Origin: Hormiphora californensis
Taxonomy: Eukaryota; Animalia; Ctenophora
Direction of reading: 5' to 3'
Assembly: GCA_020137815.1 (NCBI GenBank)
Contig: CM035357.1
Location: 3,534,001 to 3,598,000 of the forward strand
DNA: 64,000 bases
The position numbers and the translations under genes are program-made. The notes beneath the pieces are model-generated. The model was not told the origin of the DNA, made no database searches, and saw nothing but the letters and a program-made list of their open reading frames with translations. Below, piece after piece: positions 16,998 to 31,920 of this stretch (positions are counted from its first letter, which is position 1; each line of letters starts with the position of its first letter).

Positions 16998-17052
16998 TAT
17001 CGTCAAATGGTGTATGGTGGAGCTTAGTCTACCCTGTATTTCGGCCTCTACC

Positions 17053-17280
<228 letters not shown>

Positions 17281-18393
17281 CCTCTCCCTTGTGGTCGGTG
17301 TTGTTTAGTTATATTTAATAGTATACGTACTAGTTAAGGATATTACAATGCAACATCTTCTGATTGCATGTGTCACAGTGGGAGAACTGTGGTCAGAGCA
17401 TTGGCCTGGAAGGTTTGCATTCAATTACCTATTTATATTTGTAGATGATGAGGAAAAGAACTGAGGTAACATATATATGGGCAGTTATTTTGGTCTATTT
17501 TGCTTTTTATTACCGGCTGAATTAAATCAATCAATTAAAGTAGCAGACAACTTCTGGTTCATCTTCCTGTAGTTTTCGAAACTTTAATGCTGATCTGTTT
17601 ATAAGGAATTGCTTTTTCTTACTGGCTGAATTAAATTAATCAATGGCCTTCTAAGCACTGAAGACCCGACAACACACCGCCGTCTCAACCTATGCCGTTT
17701 TGTTATCGGTTATACCCGGAAATTCGCCAGTTCCAGCCCCACCAGCGCACTAAACTACTACATTCTCCCCAGGATACAGAATGAGGAAGGAGAGGAAATG
17801 GTCCGCTCTATAACAGGATGATAGAAGCATACTAGCCCTGTTAGATGACAAGGGGGTTACTAGAGACATGGTTGCAGTGTATCCCGGCTGAGGAGAAAGT
17901 TAGTCTGTGGTGTAGGGTCTCCTCCCAACTCCCTTTATTTCTCTTCATAACATGATGGAGGAACAACATTGTGACAATTATATATTATAATTATTATGTG
18001 CGACTAATTAGCAGTGAGTTGTCATGGTGGCATGTGTGTGGTATTACATCTAGAAATTTATTTATTCCAACCTGTTATTGTGAACATATTATAGTTTGTT
18101 TTGTTCAAACCGGGGAGGGAGGGAGGGTCGAACAAGGCAACCAATTTCTACCTTATTACCTAAATATTTCGCAGCCGATAGTTAATATGTAATACAAAAA
18201 TTAAGAAACCTAAAATGTATTATATAAATAATATTATTTGGTGACCAGATAAACATTGGAATATAATGACGAAAAAATTATGAAATTCATAAAAATTTCT
18301 CCGATATTCTTAATTTTAGGCTACGAAATTTTTAGGTAAAAAGGCACAAAGTAATACTATATATATATTTATAATAGATATTGACTGTTCAGC

Positions 18394-21389
<2,996 letters not shown>

Positions 21390-21397
21390 GCGCCGGA

Positions 21398-23552
21398 CCC
21401 CCCCCCCCCCCCGATCCTCTACTCCTCGTGTTGATGGCTGGCCCCCTATCTCCAGACTGCACTGCAAGGTTACCTCTAGTTGGTGGCAGCAGCTGATTGA
21501 GAGTGGCCTGCTTTCAGTGGAGGTATAAACGTGTTGCGGGGGTACCAGTGATGGTATAGTTTCTGTCTTTCTGGGGTTACAATCACAGGACCCCACTACA
21601 AACACATCAGAGATGTCTGTAGCCCTCCCCCATCCGACCTACATTCCATCAAACACTATATTTTTAACATCTTTTATATACCATGCATTTTAAGTCTCCC
21701 CGTGTATTTACATTTGTCAAACCCAATACATTCGGACCCCTATTTGACAGACACCGATTTGGCGGACACCCCCATTTAGCAGACAAAACCATTTCCTCCG
21801 AGGGTGCTGTTAAATCGGGGTCCGACTGTACCCCCATTACCAGGACCATTTAACGTTAATCCCACCATTTAACACATCACTTCCATTACGCTCATAGCAT
21901 GTACTATGAACCACAACATCATGTTTTAACCACTGAAGACCAACACATATAATGAACACATATAACAACACACTGGACCATGGCACGCCAAGCATCCATA
22001 GCAACTGTAAGTTGTCAAAGAGTTGTGTTGTGTGCTCCGCTGATTGATACCCCTCATCCCTCCCAAAATTGATCTGCTGTATTAAATTTACATACATTGA
22101 CACACCTGTATATTATTTTTTTGGGCGTAGAATTCAAATAGCCCACCCCTAACCCCACGTTCTCCTAGTGAACTGCAACTAACTGTAAGCGGCATTTTTG
22201 GACCACTGGCGTTGTTGTGTTATACAGACTACAGAGAGACAGTCGAGAGAAAATATCATCCACCCGGCGTTGTAACAGGCAAGACAAACATATTCTGCCA
22301 TCTATATCTACTCTTAACTCTTTACTGTCCCTCCTTCCCTCACGCCAGTCTCCCTTTTCATTATATTATTTCTCTTTTCTCTTGTTTCCTTGTACATCTT
22401 TCACCCTCTACCCATACCACGGGGGGGCTATCTAGTCTTGTGCCAGCGCATGACCTCCCGCACGCGATAGAACGGATGGTATATCTTAGGGGCCTATCGC
22501 TAGTATTTCCTGAGCCTCTCTCGCTTAATTGAGGCATCTTCTGACTCCTCTTCATCACTCGGGTTAGCCAGCCCGTTGCTGGCAATTGTGCTGCCCTAAT
22601 GAAATAGCATACTTGGGCATCAAAGCAATTATCACTTTTCTGATCCACACATATTCTACATATACTTCTTGTGTTCATGTTCTGTTTCCTGTGTGTCATC
22701 CTCTGTAGCCCCTCTACCAACAAACCACACTACGGGCCTGCTATCTAGTCCTTCGCTGCCCCTCTCACACCCAGTTACGCGCATAGTTGCTACGAACCCC
22801 ATCCGTCACCCGTCTCATCTAGATTTAGCCCTCGCCATCACCCTCCCTCCATAACCTCACTGTTCGAGCCCGAGCCTCTTGACCTGCCCTTGAAGCTGAT
22901 TTCTGGAGTGGACACCCTGCCTCTTTCGATGACTATCCCCGCATGATCCTTATCAACACGGATTTCATCACACATCGACCACTAGCTTTCAACACGTGGT
23001 CCTCCTACAAAGCCCTGCTAGCAACGCGAGGGACAGAAACCTCTACCCGTCCACTACGCGCACTTGTTCCTTGACTTCCCTCCCGACTAGTACAGTATGT
23101 GTGATTCACGCTGTGAACCGTAATTAACATAGACCAACACAACACAACCTTCCCCCTCCCACCCCTCCTTCAGTCTCTCGTACAACCTATTTGATATTAT
23201 ACAATCCCCTAATTCTGCAGATTGTCTCTTGAAGATGGGGCGGAACTAGGAATAGCAGACGTTAGCATTCACGTCACGTAGTGTGGGAAATCTTTTCAAA
23301 ACCTAGAGAATAGGGGACAGTGTTAGTTCGCAGTCTCCACGAGAGGTAAATCAACTTTATTATGTCACGGTGCCCAACTCAGTTTACCACACATTTGGCA
23401 AATGACACACATGTACCCCGTATTGACTGCCGATCGCCTAGCGGGTGCCACTTCCAGTCACCTTCCCGCAGTGCTTGTGGCCACTGCGCGTAGGATTGCT
23501 ACAAGCTTGCGCGCACTCATCTATAATGCTCATAGATGTGCAAAGGAGCCGG
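21398..23552 (-). repeat. Right terminal inverted repeat arm (~2.15 kb)
   Basis: Reverse complement of 2534-4418. Inner boundary is the C-run 21398-21412, matching the G-run 4407-4418. Confidence 0.9.
21729..21828. mobile_element. Tc1/mariner-type MITE in the right arm
   Basis: Mirror image of 3994-4092. Confidence 0.8.
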
Positions 23553-24763
23553 TTAGCAAGTAACCATTTACAAACTCGTTGGTTGAATGGAACAAAGCCA
23601 CAAGGTCCCGGGTTCGAATACCGCAGCTCACAACATTTTGCCCGGTCCATTTAATAATAGATATGCCCATTTCATTGTCTCGTGGATCATTATGCAGATC
23701 ATGGTGAGCATATACCATGTTCTCTCTGATTATTGACCCCGGGTACGCTTGCCAGCGCTGTGATACCTCAGATTTCAAATCTGAGCATCACATCTCATTG
23801 AGCATGTCTTAATTAGCTAAATCACGAAGTTTCATCCCGATCGGGTGAAAGGAAGGGGGTTAACCGGGTTGAGCGTCCTGGACGCACGGGCCCTTGGTAA
23901 GTGTGTGTAAAGCGTGCGCGCCGCCACGCTGACATTGGGGTGGTTATCGTGGGGCTCTGCGTCCAGTACGCACACGGACGCGGGGTACTCTCTCCTACCC
24001 TTTACACCAGTTCTGGGTTGCTTGCGGAGTAAACACAATAATCTACAGCGCGCGCGGTGTGCGCGGCCCATAATTGCGTAGAAAAACGAAAGTTTTGGCG
24101 TGCGCGAGCTCAGTTTGTACAAAACGCTGCAGCGCGCTGAATTTAAAAATTTTTCAGTTTCACGGAAAAAAATTGAGCGTCCATGGACGCTTGGACGCAC
24201 GGTCAGCGACAATGTTAGCAATGAAAGGCACCCAGATTTTAACGTTTTCCAAAATTCACACCCCGCGCCTGACGACGATTTTTTGAAACTGCAAGAAAAA
24301 TTAACGCGCGCGCTGTGAGGACGCGCAAAGTTTGTGCCGCGCAGTCTGTTAGAAATCCCAGTTGTCAGCAGCTATTCCCGCAGCGCGAGCGGAATAACAG
24401 CAGAATGGCTGTCGATCGATGACAGCGAATCTGATTCGCACCGACCCGATCTCAGTTATTATCAACACGGGGTCGGTTCGGACTCAGAAGAGTGATTCAC
24501 CCAATCAGATTCTCCTTTTACCGATTAACAAATTAAAACAATTTAGTTTATTGAACCCACGACCAAATAAACGAAGAACAAATAAATTAAATCGTGCTTT
24601 CTACAAAAGATGAAGATGATTTTAAAACAGAAAAGCGTCCCATAAACATTTAAATAAACACACACAGCACTGTCCCACTACTCAAGACAGTCCCAGTGTC
24701 CACGAGTCTGAAGACCCAGGGTGTTTATCCAGATCTGGGAGGGTGATCATAAATCCCGCAAAG

Positions 24764-25886
24764 TTATTCGTAGATATGGGGGCTCATGGTCTGTTTGTAC
24801 TCCTGAACCTCGTTTTTGTCGAACCACAGAGCGATCTCCTTCTCGGCACTCTCCACACTGTCAGATCCGTGGCAGATGTTCCTTCCAAGGTCGACACAGT
24901 AGTCTCCTCGGATGGAGCCAGGCTTGGAGGCCAGGGGGTTGGTCTCTCCCCAGCATGCTTCGGCCTGAAATCAGAATGTTAGAGACAACAATTAGAGGGA
25001 GATAGCGACTGGGGGAATGTTTCTCAGGGTTTAGGGAGTTTCAATGTTTGCGTGAGGTCTCATAGGTGTTTAAGGTTCTCATCAGGGGGCAGACGAACGA
25101 GACTAAATTATAATCATAGACCCACACACTAAAAAACCCTTCCGAAAGGAATGGAATCAGGAAGATAAATTCTTTTTGCCCTAAATCCCAATTTCACTGA
25201 GATTTCACTGACCTTGTTTGACAACATCGAGTCCACCCCACACCATACAGACAACAGGTCCACTAGTCATGAACTCAACAAGTCCAGGAAAGAACTTCTT
25301 GGTCTTGAGGTCTCCGTAGTGCTCCTCCAGGAGCTCCTTGGATGGTGTGGTTATCTTCATTGCCAACAGCTGGTATCCCCTCTGTTCGAACCTGTGAGAG
25401 AAAGGGAAGTTTGGTGTTATCTCTGCTCGAAAACTAAAGTCGAATTTTTTAATCAAGGGACAGGGGGCCGCGCATTCAAAGAGGTCGCGCGGCGTTGTAT
25501 TTGCGCGTGACAATCGAGATCAAGTTCCTGGCAATCTTAAGACTTGAACCCGGAAGTGTTGGAAAGATAATTTTAAGACCTTTTCAACGCAACCAAGATC
25601 AAGTCTTTATCTTATCAGGAAGAGGAGGTATGAGCGAAAACATTTAGCACACGCAAAAAGACTTGGTTAATGCGCAGCCCCCTGTCCCTTGATTAAAAAA
25701 TTCGACTATAAATTTCCCTTGTTTTTCCTCAATTGCGGTGAAAATATCCCCCGGCAGAATATTCTCGATCGCGCTGAAAATCTCCAACCCCTCTCTGTTT
25801 TACCTCTTGATGATGTCTCCGATGAGTCCTCGCTGGACGCCATCAGGCTTGATCATGATGTAAGATCGCTCGGATGAGGGTGCCAT
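24764..25886 (-). CDS. NME: Nucleoside diphosphate kinase (group I NME), 3 exons
   Basis: Exons 25886-25804, 25391-25213, 24964-24764. Motifs [34 protein letters not shown] with the active-site His. Confidence 0.96.
25052..25125 (-). ncRNA. Putative box C/D snoRNA, copy 1 (NME intron 2)
   Basis: Terminal stem GTGGGTCT/AGACCTCAC, C box ATGATTA, guide GTCTCGTTCG, C' box TGATGA, D box ATGA. Confidence 0.75.
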
Positions 25887-26096
25887 GCTTGATGTGGGCT
25901 ATTACAGAGAGAGCGGGGTTAGATTAGAATATTGGGTTAGGGGGGTGTGGTTTGTCGAAAAATGGGGGAGAATGGGGTTGAGCAAGGAAGTGGTTTGTAG
26001 GACGGAGCAGTTCAAACAGAGCAGTTTATAGACGAAACAAGAAAGGGTGTCGTTTTGTATGTTTAAAAACAGTAAACAACAGAAACAGTTATTAAT

Positions 26097-26689
<593 letters not shown>

Positions 26690-26854
26690 TTAGGAATCAC
26701 AGTATATAACAGTCAAACTCTAAATTCATTGAACAGACACAGAAAAAATAAAGTGAAATCACAACACATAACAAACATAATTATATTTTACAAATCAGAA
26801 AATGCATACACAAGAAGAATAAAAACTCTTAAAACAAGCCCCGATATATCTTAA

Positions 26855-29800
26855 TTAGTCATTTGAAAAGCGTTCCTGCGGAGCCGGATCCTCCTGGGAT
26901 AACTGGAGGGAGATAAAAAGGGTTAGAGAGCTGAGAATCTGAACCAGGTAGACGGAGGACAAGGTGAAGGGTGCTCTCCTTCTGGATGTCTGAACCAGGT
27001 AGGAAAACGGAAGCAAATCTTATAGAGTTCCGGTGTTTGTGTGAGGTCTCATAGGTGTTTAAGGTTCTCATCAGGGGGCAGACGAACGAGACTAAATTAT
27101 AATCATAGACCCACAAATAATGTCACTAATCCCTTACTAGAGGAATGAAATCAGGAAGATAAACTCCTATTATCCTACCTACAATACAATGTTGCTATCT
27201 AATAACTAACCGTTCGTCTAGATCGTATTCGGGCACATTTAGGGCACGTTCCAGTGAAGCAAGCCTTGTGGAAACAAGTCCAGCACATTTGACATTGAAA
27301 CACTGTATTCAGCTGGAACGGGTATATCACTTCTTTCTGAAAAATTAATCGTTACAGTCGGACCCCGATTTACCGGCATGCTCGTGGGAAAGGGCTTGCC
27401 TGGTAAATCGGGGCCCGACTGTATTTCCCTGAAGTGGGGTATCGAGAGGAGGTTTAGAGGCGATCTCAGTTCTATTTTTCTTCCAATTCCGTGAAAATTG
27501 AAAGGACAAGATATAATAATCTAAGGGAGAAAAAAAATTAAACTGCCATGTTCACCTACCCTTTCGCAAAGCTCACATATGAAGCCTTTACCCCTGCACA
27601 ACCCACAGTTATCAACGTGCTGCAGCCAGCCGGTCACAATGGGCCTCAGGGATTCAATCATAGTCCTATCCTTCACATTACACAGATCCTGCAGGAAATG
27701 AAAGAGTGAGATCATGGGGATTGAAATTATGAGATATGGAGAGTTAATATCAGGAACCGACCGAAACAAGTAAACTACCCATCAGAACTCGTGATTTAGG
27801 TCACGTGACTGGTTATCAGCCAATCAGGGACCATTATTTCCTGATTCGGTCGGTTCTTGGTTAATATTTACTGTTTGTGAGTTCTCATAGATGTTTAAGG
27901 TTCTCATCAGGGGGCAGACGAACGAGACTAAATTATAATCATAGACCCACACAAACAATTGGACAAGTCTGGGAGTAGGACGGTTTATCCGGACTTGAAA
28001 ATCATAAACCGTCCGTTTCCTACCCGGGAGGGAGTGCCACAAGACAAGATGTGGGACTCCCTAGTAGGGAGGTGGTGCCACAAGACAAGATGTGGGATCC
28101 CAGGAGCTAGGAAGCAGGAACCGACCGAATCAAGTAAACAACCAATCAGAACTCGTTATTTAGGTCACGTGACTGGTTATCAGCCAATCAGGGACCAATA
28201 TTTCCTGATTCGGTCGGTTCCTGCTAGGTGGTTTCTTACCTCGAGTGAAAAGAGTTCCGGATCATTGTAGATGTGGCCTCTAATGGTAACACTACCTAAC
28301 AGGTCCTTCCCATTCTTACATGCCCTGAAATACAGTGGTATTGTTGGACAAGGAAGGAACAGAACTGGAGGGGGGGGGGGATCATGGAGGTAGTAAGCGA
28401 CACTATCATGTTATGTACTAAAGATGAGTATGATACCACGCTAGTGTCTCCTTCTGGGGCAACTAACCTTAAATATTCGTTGAGAAAGAACAGCTGGTAT
28501 CGTAGTGCTCGAGTGTATTTTAGCTCACTGACACTCTTATACAATGCGCTGTTGATATCCTGGACACTGTACAGCGGTTCAAACATCATCTTATCTGAGG
28601 AGGGGGTGAGGATTATATAACACTGGAGCTCTTCTCAAGCATTGATTGGAAAGATTGGGAGTTTTGTGGAGGGTCTCATAGGTGTTTAAGGTTCTCATCA
28701 GGGGGCAGACGAACGAGACTAAATTATAATCATATGACCCACACAAACATATATCATTCTAACTAATTCAACTTACCTAGTAGCTCGGCAGCAAAGTTAC
28801 TGACTCTTTGCTTCCTAAAATCCCACTTGTGTAGGATTCTTGCAGGGATGAAGGCCGACTGTTCGTGATGACATGAATGGCAGAAATATTTTCCTGGAGG
28901 GAGTGTAGAGGTGTGTTAGAAATAGGAGTGCTATAATAGCCAAGCAAGAGGGAGTAGAGGTGTCATAGAGTCATGCGAGGGATAGGAGTAGGGTAGAATT
29001 AGATACAGATGGGGAGAGGTTTCGAAAGGGTAAAATCAGGTGAAAAGGAGGATACCAACTATGAATTCCATGGTTTCACTACGACAAACTAACCCAGTAC
29101 ATGCCAGTAGACACACTACACTAACCTAAATAAGCGCAATACCGGAAGGTCCCCGCGAGACTTGGTGCAATTTTCATTCCACACCCGGCACATCTAAACC
29201 CGCATCTCTCCATCAATTTCTTTCTTGTGGTAGGAGGGTGGAGATGACATATAATCTGGGCCCGGGGAGGAGCCCACTCCATTGTGCCGCGGAGTTTTAG
29301 TCCCAGATCGGACTGTGACCGGGGCATTGATTGTGTTCGTGTTTTCTCCGAGACCAACCAGTCAAGTTCGGCACTTTCCTGAAAAATAGCTGTTTTAGGG
29401 TCAAAAAAGGACATACATAATGTACATGCAATCTGTTGTGAGGCACTGTCTGTAATATCGAGCACGCAGCTTCGGAGAGTCCAGTCTTTTATGACACAAC
29501 AATTCTCACCCCACAAAGATGAAATTCAATCGTTTTTGTCCAATCTTACCTCGGCTGAAAATGTAAAAGCTGCGTAGATGTGCCTTGCAATAACCTGTGG
29601 ACTATTTTTATCTCCATTCTGGGTCCTTGCAAACTTCTCTAACACAGTAGTGAAACTGAGAGAATCTCGTTCTGTGGCGCCTCGTCCAGGGAGGGTGGCT
29701 GGCATGTCGGTATCTGCCACACTGACCCAGTCAGACAGGTCACCCGCTGATTCTGTTCTAGGGAGTGGGAGGTGGTTAGACAAGTCACCCGCTGATTCTG

Positions 29801-31145
29801 TTCTAAGGGAGGGAGGTGGTTAGATAGGTCACCTGCTGATTCTGTCCTAGGGGGAGGGAGGTGGTAGTGGTCAGACAAGTTTGGGGTAGGTATTGAAGAT
29901 CCCTTGAAGATTCGGGGAGAGAGAACAGTCCTAGATATCAACTTACCTAACTTTACTTTTCCTCACAATAGCGGGTGAAATAGGAGAGCTATTGGTAGTA
30001 ACAGTTGCAGTTGGACTGGTCAGACTCATTGCGTAATCTCTCATCTCCAGTGAGGGAAACTCTTCTTCTTCGCTCTCAATATCACTGTCGTCTCGGGTGG
30101 ATGAGAGTTGCTCCAGGGCCTCTAGAAGACCTTCTGCTACCTAACAGGAAGGGTTAATGGTTATTTATAGTTGGATTAGGGGGTTAGATTAACGTAATCA
30201 ATTGAACTTTAACGGTTAGATTTGTTAACTAACTGCTTGTGGAGGGTCTCATAGGTGTTTGAAGTTCTCATCAGGGGGCAGACGAACGAGACTAAATTAT
30301 AATCATAGACCCACACAAACTATAACACACACTCTCCTCTCTCACCGGGGGGGTTCCCATGGTATACTTTGGTATACTTTGGTATACTTTGGCATATGGA
30401 AAATTCCAAAAAAATATGTGGAAGGTACCAAAGTATACCAAAGTATACCATATCTTTTTAATATCTTTACGTACTTTAAAGTGTTAATTTACAATAATTA
30501 AGGCTTTAAAAAAGTTTGTATAAACGTTCTTAACTCATAAACTTGAGGTTAACTAGGCTAAATTGGCTAATTTCATAGAATCGAGGAAACTTATTTTGCC
30601 TATGAAATGATGAGTCACAAAACTGGGGTTTGACACATTGGGACTCATTTGAGTGCGATAAAAAACTTTTTAAAAAGTCAAGAAAAAGTTCAAATAGTAT
30701 TTGGTAAAGTCTCTAAAAATTTTTCAAAAATTGCCTCAACCGGGAATTGAACCCCTGGCCACTGAGTGGCCAGCCTTGAGCACTAGCCGGGTGATGTAAC
30801 ATACGTAAAAATCAGTTTAATAAGCTTTATATTACCAATTTAGAACGAAATAAGGATGTAGTTTTACAAATTTAGTCAATTATTTTATCTTATCGCTTAA
30901 ATTTTACCTTTTTCAAAATTTTTATGGTATACTTTGGTATACCTTGGTATATTTTGGTATACTTTGGTATACTTTGGTATATGGAAAATCGCTGAAAAAG
31001 TTGTGGAAAGTGCCAAAGTATACCAAAGTATGCCATGGGAACCCCCCCCTCTCACCGTAAAGTGTGCATTCTCTCGTTCCAGTTCAGACACTGCATCACA
31101 CCCCGCAGCGGTAACAGCTCTCAACCAAATAGGTTCCTCTCCCAT
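26855..31145 (-). CDS. RUBCN: Rubicon/Pacer-family autophagy regulator (RH zinc-binding domain), multi-exon
   Basis: ELERENAHF, EWAPPRAQII, CAGCG...FRYCAYLGKYFCHSCH, IPARILHKWDF, HVDNCGLCRGKGFICELC, CFHKACF..CPKCAR. Confidence 0.85.
27041..27114 (-). ncRNA. Putative box C/D snoRNA, copy 2 (last intron of the Rubicon-like gene)
   Basis: Identical to copy 1. Confidence 0.75.
27355..27421. mobile_element. Short Tc1/mariner-type MITE (CAGTCGGACCCC family)
   Basis: TIR plus TA duplication. Confidence 0.78.
27751..27859. mobile_element. hAT-type MITE (CAGGAACCGACCGAA family)
   Basis: 8-bp duplication GTTAATAT on both sides and a ~15-bp TIR. Confidence 0.85.
27877..27950 (-). ncRNA. Putative box C/D snoRNA, copy 3
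   Basis: Two substitutions versus copy 1; boxes and D' guide intact. Confidence 0.7.
28115..28223. mobile_element. hAT-type MITE (CAGGAACCGACCGAA family)
   Basis: Perfect TIR CAGGAACCGACCGAATCA; imperfect 8-bp duplication CTAGGAAG/CTAGGTGG. Confidence 0.82.
28669..28742 (-). ncRNA. Putative box C/D snoRNA, copy 4
   Basis: Core identical to copy 1; intronic. Confidence 0.72.
29720..29880. repeat. ~45-bp tandem repeat spanning a splice acceptor
   Basis: Three units of minus-strand (C/T)TAG(A/G)ACAGAATCAGC(G/A)GGTGAC... Confidence 0.8.
30241..30314 (-). ncRNA. Putative box C/D snoRNA, copy 5
   Basis: Two substitutions in the segment upstream of box D; D' guide intact. Confidence 0.7.
30347..31048. 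mobile_element. Non-autonomous TIR element with G7 termini and an 8-bp duplication
   Basis: TIR GGGGGGGTTCCCATGG(T/C)ATACTTTGGTATACTTTGG, 10-bp GGTATACTTT subterminal repeats, duplication CTCTCACC (30339-30346, 31049-31056). Confidence 0.85.
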
Positions 31146-31247
31146 AATCTTCTTGTAGACCCCCTTCGATTATCTGCGGAGGGCGAGGGGTTATTAGGGG
31201 GGTGAAGGGGTTCGTAGGAATGGCAGCTGTGTGTTAACTAACTGTTT

Positions 31248-31321
31248 GTGAGGTCTCATAGGTGTTTAAGGTTCTCATCAGGGGGCAGACGAACGAGACT
31301 AAATTATAATCATAGACCCAC
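31248..31321 (-). ncRNA. Putative box C/D snoRNA, copy 6 (5'UTR intron of the Rubicon-like gene)
   Basis: Identical to copy 1; lies inside GT-AG intron 31364-31174. Confidence 0.75.
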
Positions 31322-31920
31322 ACATAACAATATTAATGTAATAAACCATTTCTTGAATTCTTACCATAAAATGTTCATTTCTATCAGACATTGCATCATG
31401 TCATGATCCGTTGATGAGCCATTAATGCTATTAGGGAAATATCAATGGTTAATTGGATGTATAAAATCAAAGGAACTCTCATAATTATGCAAATATGGAA
31501 TAATTGACAACATTATTCCCACGACGGTTGAAGACTTGGCTGATCTGTGCGCGCGCGCGTAAAAAGCCAACCCCGTGCTCTCAAGCGGGTACTCTACACA
31601 ACGTTAGATGCGCGTGTCCCACTGCATTCTGAAGGGGCGCGGGGAAACTGTGACCTGTGGGCGAGTGTACCTTGGCACACACATCTCCCACCAAACATGC
31701 ACATGTGTATACACATATCCTGTAAAATAGGTTCATCTAGGAGAGGTGTAAGCGACGGGTAAAGGTTCAGATAAAAAAGAAGGGAGAATAGGGAGAAAAA
31801 CTTGCACACGATTGGAGTGAAATTTGTCGCTGAAATAAAATGGGAAATCAATTATATAACATTTAACATACAAAACATAAATACACATATTTATCAATCT
31901 GGGGCGTCCCAGTTTCTCTC

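Noticed and set aside
23575-23625. GGGTTCGAATACC B-box-like motif as a tRNA gene (similar motif at ~30740)
   Set aside because: No cloverleaf can be built; at most a SINE or tRNA relic.
26859-27116. ORF containing [14 protein letters not shown] as a second ubiquitin gene
   Set aside because: It is only a ~40-bp templated fragment inside an intron.
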